This document shows, in pieces, positions 54,673 through 64,000 of a stretch of DNA of 64,000 nucleotides. The notes under the pieces were generated by a model. The model was not told the origin of the DNA, did no database searches, and worked only from the letters and a program-made list of their open reading frames with translations. Source of the stretch: the human T2T-CHM13v2.0 reference genome, Homo sapiens. A program made the translations under genes and the position numbers. The stretch is taken from assembly GCF_009914755.1 (NCBI RefSeq), contig NC_060938.1. One strand, 5' to 3'. The stretch's first letter is position 1, and every line of letters begins with the position of its first letter.

Positions 54673-55479
54673 TTACAGGAGATGACAGCTCTCTCTATAA
54701 GTCCTATTGTCCCTGAAAACCATTCAGAGGGACAAAGGGACAAATTGTGAAGTCAGAAGACAATGACGTTGATGATCCTGACCCTGTGTGAGCCTAGGCT
54801 AATGTGTGTGCTTATGTCTTAGTTTTTAACAAAAACGTTTAAAAAGTAAAATAAAATTAAAAATAGAAAAATGCCATAGAATTAGGACATAAAGAATGAA
54901 AATATCTTTCTATAGTCGTACAATGTATTTGTGTTTTAAGCTAAGTGTTTCTACAAGAGTCAAAAATTAAAATAAATAAAATGTTTATAAAGAAGTTACA
55001 GTAAGCTAAGGTTAATTCATTACTGAATAAAAAATTAAAAAAAATTAATATAATCTAGGTGTCCAATGTTTTCAAAGTCTACATAGTGTCTAGTAATGCC
55101 CCGGGCCTTTCCATTCACTTGCTACTCATTCACTGACTCACTAAGAGGAACTTTCATGCCGGCATACTCCATCTATGTTAAGTGCCCTCTTTTTATCTTT
55201 TATATCATATTTTTACTGTAACTTTTCTATATTAATATGTTTAGATACACAAAGAGACACCATTGAGTTACAGTTGCCTACAGTGTTCAGTAAAGTAGCA
55301 TGCAGTATAGGTTGGTAGCCTAGGAGCCAAGGGCTCTATCATAGAAACTATGTGTTTATTAGGCTATGTTATCTAGGGTTATATCAGTACACTCTATGAT
55401 GTTCACACAGTGACCAAATTGCATAAGGAGGCATTTCTTAGAAGGCCTCTCTGTTATTAAGTGATGCATGGCTGTATAT

Positions 55480-56760
55480 TGAAATTTCTAGGTTTCAAAA
55501 ACTCTGATACTCCAGAATTTAATTTCAGATTTAATAGAACACTATTAAACATTTCAACACATTTTTGTGAAATTGATAGGCTGGTTCTAAAATTCTTAGA
55601 AAAATGCGAAGGACAAAGAATGCCAGTTTAGTATTTTTTAAAAAAGAGTATTTACATGATCAGATATATGTGCTAAAGATATAGCTACAGTAGTAAAGAC
55701 AGCATAGATTTTGTTTGAGGATATACATGGATTGATAGGATACATAGAAAACTCAGAAACAGAGCCACACATATATAGACAATTAAAATACAACGAGATC
55801 TACTGCAGAACAGTGGGACAAAGTTATCATTTTAACAAAAAAGCTGATGTATTGGGTATCCATATGGAAAAAAATTAAATTATGCCTCTACCTCACTTTT
55901 AAAAAATGGAAATTCTAGTCAGATCAAAGACTTAACTGTGAAATCTAAAACTGATCATATTCTAGAATGTAATATAGAAAATGATCTTCAAAGAATCTGC
56001 AAAGAATGACTTCTAGAAGAGGAGGTAATTTATTATAGCTAATTTTGTCATTACATTTATTTACTAAACTAAAATTGGTTAAGAGGTAATTTATTAATAG
56101 CGAATTTTATCATTACATTTAAATAAATTACCTCTTAGCCAATAAATGATGATAATAAAAAGGTTAAATCTTAAAAGAAACTTCACATAAAGGAGAAGAT
56201 TATTGTTACACATAAGATAGAGGATGAATAGTACCTACAATATATAAGGAATCCACACCAGTCAACGAGAAAAAGGGAGGTAACTAGGACTAGCGCAAGT
56301 TCTTCAAATGTGAAAAAATGCAAAAGGCCAATAAACACATGGAAATATTTTTCATACTATTGGTGATAAAAAAAAATAAATATTAAAAAGACTACATGTT
56401 GCTATTATTTATCCACCAGAATGGCCAAAATTTCCACATGATAGGTAACTACTGGCAAGATTGTAGGCACCTAGTATCTTCATATTCTGTTAATTAGAAT
56501 GTAAATTGCTTCAATCATCTCAGAAAACAGTTTTACATTATTTAACACATTTTAAGACCCACAATCTGTCTCATGTAGTGATTTTTCTCTTAAGTACATA
56601 TGCAAATATTCTGTATATGTTCTTCCAGATATATGAACAAATTTTTTAGTATATTCATTCAAAGCGAGAGTTTAAGCAAAGAAAATTAATAAGCAGCATA
56701 GACTAAACATAGTTGAATTTCAGAAACTTAACATTTTTGAAGAAAAAAAGCACAAAAGAA
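55480..56760 (+). mobile_element. Old L1M ORF2 3' remnant
   Basis: gctacagtagtaaagacagcatag; ggccaataaacacatggaaa; atccaccagaatggccaaaatt. Confidence 0.7.
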
Positions 56761-57675
56761 TTCATGATTATATTAATCTAAAAGAATTCATGATTACAAC
56801 TAGAGGAAATTAACTCTAGAATACAGAAGATGTGTGTAATCTGATATACTTACTGATTTTTTATTATAATAGTAATCTCGTTCTACAACAACCAGGACAG
56901 GAATCTAAGTTTATTGATGGCTTAACTGACTATGCTACAGAAAACTAAAAGACATTTAGCTCTCTTAACCTGTTAAAACCATAGCATAGATCAGAGAAGC
57001 AGAGTCAGAACTAGTAGAAATAATTTATGCTACTTATCATTCACTGTTAATGGTCAAAATAAATAGACAAGGTATATATTTTAAAATTTCAATTAAAAAC
57101 AAATAAAATGATTTCTTTAAATTTGTAGGAAATCATTCTATTTACTGAGAAAAAGATGTTAATGGTTATTTGATGGCATCCAAATGATGACAAGATGAAC
57201 ACAACATAAAAAATTATGTTAAAACAAAACTTTAAATTTTCAGAAAATAGCTCAAAGAATTAATTTCAACAAAATTCTGCTATTGGGAATTGTACATGCA
57301 TTGGGAGTTGTACATACTTTAGCAAAACGTGTTCCTTTACATTAAAGAATGTAATCCATTCCTAATTACTTTTGCTTATTTATTCTTTGCCTTACTGTTC
57401 TTTTCTCAATATATTCATCTCACAATGTTATAATATTTCCAATCTTGGAGTAAAGCCAACAATAAATAACCTGTCAGAATCAATTTCAATGTTGTATAAT
57501 ATATGGGCTATTTACAAAGACAGCACACCTGGTTTTTGTGCATCCACAGTTTTATTCCATGGAAACAATAGACAATTATGAGGAAATAGGAAAGAAGTAG
57601 TTGTTTTTAATTTTAACTATTGACAATCAGGTTTGATTGAAGAATAGGAGCCAAATATTTTCAAATACCAGATAT

Positions 57676-57945
57676 CTCTATTTATGTATTTATGTATTTA
57701 TTTATTTTTAAACTTAAAAAATTATTTTAGGCTTAGGGGTACATGTGCAGGTTTGTTATATAGGTAAATTGCATGTCCCTGGGGATTGGTGTACAGATTA
57801 TTCAGTTACACAGGTAATAAGCATAGTACCCGATAGGCAGTTTTTGATCCTCATCCTCCTCTCTCTCTCCATCCTCAACTAGACCACGGTGTCTGTTACT
57901 TCCTTCTTTATGTCAACATGTACTTAATGTTTAGCTCCCATTTGT
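57676..57945 (-). mobile_element. Older L1PA 3'-terminal fragment
   Basis: ggggtacatgtgcaggtttgttatataggtaaattgcatg...tttagctccca. Confidence 0.8.
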
Positions 57946-58615
57946 AATAAAATGTTTTATTTTCTTATTCCTATTTTTCTTTAATATATAGAAAAGGGCT
58001 AAAGTAACAAACTGTTAGACAATTTAAGGTGTACCGCCTCCTTTAATTGTTCTAGAAGCCTAAAGCTAAAATGCTTTTCTTTGTCATTCATATGTACTTA
58101 ATAGATAACTTTCATTTTTTTTCTTTCTTTGCTTTCTTCCTTCCCTCTCTCTCCCAGCCCCATCAAATTGTCTCTCAAATAATGTATAGCGTTTTATTTT
58201 ATGTTTATGTAAACTTGGAATACACTTTCAGTTAATCTAAACATGAGCAGAAATTCACCACTAGATCTTAATTGTTTTATAACTTGAATATAAAAACATT
58301 TAAAAATGATGTCTCTTTTCTGTATGAAATAGTCAACTGTAATTTTGGCCCCTACAACTCATGTCTTCCTGTGGGCAAGTGTTGTTTCTTTCTTTAAGAA
58401 AGCGTATAGGACTATTATATTATTTTGTCAACAGGCTGGAAAACTAAGTCTGTGTCTTTCATGTAATTATTTTTTCAAATAATGGTTAAATTTGTCATGG
58501 TGAGTATGAAAATTCGTGTCTATATTTTGAAATTTTTTATAGCACTTGACCTGTACAAATTTCATTTCTATTTTTATTGCAATTATTTTAGCCATTTAAA
58601 AAATTCTACTTTTTA

Positions 58616-58913
<298 letters not shown>

Positions 58914-59302
58914 AGAATAACTCTGCTTTTTAAAACAAAGAATTTTACTGTTAGCTCGATGATCAGTTTGATAATTTCATGTAAACTTCAGTGTTTTTTC
59001 CTATATATGTACACTGGAGAGTTCTCATACTTTTGCTCTTATGCATTTCCTGCAGTAGAATGGAAAAATCCTAGATTCTACTTAAATGTGAATTTACTAA
59101 GGTAGATAATAGGAATTAAGAAAAAACACACAAAGACAATTTTCGTAAACTACTACAAGATTATGTGTGTGCATCTATTTGTGTGTTTTCATAAATTATT
59201 TCATTTCCCAGCATAGTTGACTTTGGCATTAGGCCAAGCTACATATAGTTGTATGCAAAATAACTCAAGAAAGGAGAACATTCTGGTTACCAAGTAAGTC
59301 TC

Positions 59303-59935
59303 TGTAGGAGCTAAGAAACTTGGCCCCCTAAATGTTTGCTGAAAAATCACTGACATAAGGCAGATGGATTGCTAGAAGAAAAGACATACAAATTTATTTA
59401 ACGTGTATACACAGGAGGATTCAGAATGAAGACCCAAAGACACAGGGGAAATTTGCCCATTTTTGTGCTTAGGTTCAACAAAGTATGGACAGCTATGTAG
59501 AAAAGTGATTACACAAAAAGGGTATGATCTCTTGCTAACAGGCTGAGTGGAAAAACCCAGCAATGCCTGCCTAGACTCTTCTTGGCCTCTCTGAACATGC
59601 ATTCTTTCTTTCCAGGTGCGGATAGGACCCTCTCTGGAATGGGGGTCTTATGACCCACAGTCAAACAAGTTAAGTAAGATTTCTTTATGGCCAGTTTTTA
59701 CATAGAACATTTTTAGGTTTTATGGCCGGCTTTCTGGAAAAGGGGTTCTGATTTCTATGGCCTGTCTTGGCGAAGAGGGGTTCTAGGTTTAATGGCTATC
59801 CTAGGGACAGAATGACTCAGAAAGACAAGAGGGCAGGAGAAGGTCAGAGAAAAAAAAAAAAAGAAAAAACAACTTTTGTTTTTGAGGATGGTGCTGAGGC
59901 CTTCATTTTGGGGTGTTGTTTGCTGAGCCCCAACA
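59303..59935 (-). mobile_element. ERV1 solo LTR (MER34/MER39/LTR48 group)
   Basis: Minus strand starts tgttggggctcagcaaacaacaccccaaaatgaaggcctcag, contains an internal aataaa and ends ...ctaca. Confidence 0.8.
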
Positions 59936-61234
59936 TTCCCATACAGCAGAGTATGACACATTGTCTCAAACACAGGGGAGCTGCCGACATTCTTCAGTTC
60001 CTGTCTCTCAGGCTATTAGTAACTCTGAAATATACACTCATTAATTATTGAAAAAACATTGTAACAGGAAAATATTACTTTAATATGTATATAATCCGGA
60101 CTTATTTTTCTGATATTTCTTTCCTATGGATTTCTTCAAAATTCGAAAAAGAAACAATATGTTACATTTGCATAACGTAATATTCAAAGAATCTAAACTA
60201 ATTCTGGTACAGTGGTCCAAATCCCAGATTGTAGTTTTTCTTAATGCCTATTACAGGTTGGAATATTAACGACTTCTCAAACTAAGGAACTGTACATTTC
60301 CATCTGCCCTGAGCTCCAGGAACTCCGAATGAAATTCTCAGTTTCTGACAAATATGACAAAGAGGTTCCTCTGAGCTGCTCATATGTTCATATTTAATAT
60401 GTTTTTTTTAATGTTAGCCATCAAAATGGCTGTTTTCCAAAAGGAGTGTCAGTGTAAGCTACTGAAATGAATAAAACTGTCTCTAGTGCAATGTTGTTAT
60501 GGTGCTGTTATGTAAAATCTTGAAGTTACATACACGAAATGAACAAACAAGAACCAGAGGAGGTGCATTTTAAAATGCTATTTTTAGGCAAGAATATACA
60601 GATTAGTATGGCTGCAGCATCTGTTATTTTTTATAGGATCCCTTTTCATACATTGGTGACTACTGTTTGAAGGAATGCTGTGAGGGCTGTAAATTGGGCT
60701 AGTCACTTCCACACCTTATCTAGATTATGTACACAAGTGTAGAAGGATCCGTTCTTAAAATTCTTTTGTTAACAATGCTAATAGCATCAGTCTTTAATTT
60801 ATTAAAAGAATAGCCTCTTTAACATTACTTGCAGTTAGCATTTTACATCTCCCATCACATTTGGACATTTCAATTTGCATAGATTTGAGGAATTGTTTAA
60901 TTTGGAGAAATTAAGCTATCGCTTTTAGCTTTCATCTCACATAAATCACTTTTATGGCTACATGTTGAATAGGACAAATGCAATAAATGCTTGGAGAAAA
61001 AACAGAAGTAACTTATTTCTGTTCTTGTAAGTTGCTGTTTAACAAGATATCAGTAATGGAGACAGGTATTTTAAGAACAAAAAGATGACTTTCAGTTATT
61101 TCTAAAGTACATATACATATGTGTGTATAAAATAAAAAAATAAAGTTTACATTTAAACAGAAAGGCATATAGTTAAGATTGGTATAGGAAATTAGGTGGA
61201 TTTGTAATGTTTTAAAGGGATGATGAAAAGAGTA

Positions 61235-61475
61235 ACAATGTTAGCTATAATTTATTGAACATTTACTATTTAATAGATGCCAAGAGCTGCGTTAGGTGCT
61301 TGATGTGAATTATTCCTAATATTAACAGTAATCATGCGAGATGGATGGGTTTAGCTCCATTTTATGATTATGGAAATTTAAATTCAGTAAATGTAAGTAA
61401 TTTATCTAAGGATCATAGCAAAGCTGATTTCAAACTCAAGTCAACTTTGTCAAAAGCTAATGTTTTTACCATTGT
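61235..61475 (-). mobile_element. MIR
   Basis: atttattgaacatttactat...ctccattttatgattatggaaat...aagtaatttatctaaggatcatagc. Confidence 0.75.
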
Positions 61476-62409
61476 GTGATCTCAGAAGATGACTTTTAGA
61501 TGAAATTTAACAGAATAACTGCTCTTTTATCTACCTTCTTCCCATGATCTCCCCATCCACATCAACTCAGGAAAAGGAATACTGAAACCAAGATTAATCA
61601 AATCTTTCTAACAAGAGTACTTCGGGGTTAAGTCAGAAACACGCACAGAGTTTTCAGGGCAACATTTCTGGACATTGCTTTTCCAGAAGGTGTTCTAAAC
61701 ACCTAAAGCTTACTGGTTTATGAAGTTTATCCTTACTGAGACCTCTTTCCAGGAAAATTAAAAGTGCCAGTTAGTGCGGTAAAGCAAAGAAGGTGATGGT
61801 GGTGGTAATGTAGCTCCCAGAGGGTTCTATTTGGGTTTACATAATATCATCTTATGTAGGAACCTATATATAGGCCGCTATTTTGATTCAAACAAAACCA
61901 AGACAAGAAAAGTAGTGCCTTTTTAACTTACCACCTTATATTTGTTAGTCTTACGAAGCCAATCATGATTTTAAGAGCTGTCAGATGCCAAGATAAGTAG
62001 CAAAAGGAAATTACGTGTGTGCCTTCAATTGCTTCTTATTTTTCAGAAGAGTAGTCTGCAGCTACCTTTTCCCTCCATAAGTTCTGACTCCAGTCCTATT
62101 TCAAAACAAAGTTACATATTAGCAACCTCTTTAGCCTTAAGATTCTTATTTTCAAAATTTCCCACTGTTTTTCCTTTTATCTCTTGATGAATAAAACACG
62201 AGAAACACAACATGAAATGGTGAGTAGATTTTGTGCATAGTGACAAGAATTTGCAAAAACAGAAGTTCTTCCTTTAATCTAATTTTTTATCAATTTACTT
62301 ACTTCATTCTTATTTAGTGTCTGGTGAAATTTTAGAGATGTAAAATGTAGTGAATATGTATTTTATATGAATATATTCTGATTAAACCTGAACAAACTAT
62401 GACCTTGTT

Positions 62410-62740
62410 TTTTAATCAGCTGAATGACGTGATTAGAGAATATGAACCAGTGTCAAAATGCTCACCAACAAATCAGTCACTCCCTTGCCGAACCAATTGT
62501 AAATGGACCTCGATCACCATTACAAATACCTGTTTCTTGTTTTAGTGCCATGAGTAAGACATTAGCAAGTCAGTCTAAGTTTCCAATAGCCACAAACATG
62601 GCTCCTTTGAGTCACATGTGTCTGTTCACTTTGTTTTCTGCTGACACTGTGGCTGCTGACAACACTCCTGTCATTTCTCTCTCACCAATTTCACAACCCA
62701 GGCAGCTGACAAGATCAGTGTGGATTCCTGAGAAGTCCCC
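62410..62740. promoter_or_regulatory. Candidate enhancer (bZIP/E-box motif cluster)
   Basis: TGAGTCA at 62608 overlapping CACATGTG, TGACGTGA at 62425, TGAGTAA at 62551, TGCTGAC twice, CAGCTG twice, in apparently non-repeat DNA. Motif evidence only. Confidence 0.3.
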
Positions 62741-64000
62741 AGTTGTGTTTCTCAATAAAATTTTGGAGCTAAAACTTATGGAACCCCATGAAGGGAAATG
62801 GGACCCAAGGCTTCTGTATAGTACAAGTGAAAAAAACAATTCCTTTCAAAAAATAATCCCATGCCTTTCACAAATTCTCAGCTCCTCACTCCTCTCCCAT
62901 GTTGGTGAGACCTAGTCATCTGGTTGCTTCATTATTTATTGAAAGCACCTTGGGGAGCAATGTGTTGTTTCCCATGGTGTTATTCAATAGATAATGAATT
63001 AATGAACAGAGGAGCAAAGAGATTTGTGCAACAGAAGGGAAGCAAAAGAGATTTGTGCCTCAGGAGGGAAGCAAAAGAGACTAGGAGAAAAGAACAAAGA
63101 GGAAAAGTTCCTAATGAATGTAAAAAGAAGTGCTTTTTCTCCCCATACCTTTCTTTTTTCTGTCACATAACAAAAATATTAAAACAAAATAATACGTAAC
63201 AATGCTAATATCAAAGAGGGCAGGTGGATAAGGATGAATTGTCATCTTTTGTGTCTTTATAGTGATTTAATAAACACGTTGAAAAAATACAAAATGTTTT
63301 AATTCAATCAACTAAAATTATTTAGTAAAAATAAATAGCTCAAGAACATTTAGTCACCTATGTGAAAGCCAATATAGTTTCTCTATGGTAAACAGAGAAG
63401 ACTAATCCACAGACTTCGTGGCATTAAAAAACTTTTTTTTAAATTTTTAATTCAACAATGGACTCCTTATGAGATATTGTTGTTCCTCTAATGTGAAGAT
63501 GTTTCCCTTGATCCCCCATTTTCTTCCAGAAGCTCAGAAATGTTAACACTGCTGGATATTCTCTTTCATAAATCTTTCTTGTGGCTTCTTTGGACATGAA
63601 CAGATCTACAGAACTGTTGCTAAATGATCATTTTTTATCACATCTACTGTGGTTTAATAGACAAAACTTATTCATATAGTGTCCAAAACCAATCAACCTC
63701 TAGTGAAAAGTGTCATATCAAATTTCTTATGTAACTGTTATAATTAATATAAGAATACCTGTTTAAAAATCAAATATTCAGTAAAAATTTACTAAACAGA
63801 ATCCCATTCCAAATATTTCTTACTATGAAGCTGAACATAAGAATGATACTCTCTGATGCTACACTTTTCTTCCCCAGAAAAGAAAGAGTTGTTTCTCTCT
63901 GCCAAATAGTTTGAAAGGGTTTAGCAATAAGAGAGCAAGTAGAAACCATGCTTGCTTATGTATTTACATGACAGGTCAGTGCGCATTTACATAAAACTGA

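Noticed and set aside
60166-60180. OCT-SOX composite site (atttgcataacgtaa)
   Set aside because: The octamer is present but the SOX half does not match. A lone octamer is expected by chance in AT-rich DNA.
62442-62915. 157-aa ORF and an upstream acceptor-like ttttttaatcag
   Set aside because: No recognisable homology or paired donor. It cannot be supported as an exon without expression or conservation data.

Overview
This is AT-rich, repeat-dense primate genomic DNA. AluY and an L1PA2-type LINE point to a hominoid, probably human. I recognise no host protein-coding exon, RNA gene or CRISPR array, and nearly all ORFs in the track are L1 ORFs or read-throughs of repeats. The main components are: (1) a full-length but coding-dead L1PA2-type LINE-1 with TSD (1901-7924); (2) a two-LTR MER57A-type ERV1 provirus (37894-48015) with ctat TSD, tRNA-Leu PBS, PPT and env remnant, interrupted by a 5'-truncated L1PA5-type element; (3) rearranged older L1s on the minus strand; (4) L2, MIR, MaLR/ERV1/ERVL LTRs, an ERVL gag-pol fossil, hAT and Tigger DNA-transposon fossils, and ten Alu-family elements, all on the + strand. 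The most notable observation is that both LTRs of the provirus carry an AluS at essentially the same U3 position. Others are a duplicated hairpin+PPT module with a compensatory base-pair change, an open and extended antisense ORF0 in the dead L1, and an L1 insertion at a multi-kb deletion junction. Subfamily names come from recalled consensus diagnostics, not a RepeatMasker run, and boundaries of old elements are approximate.
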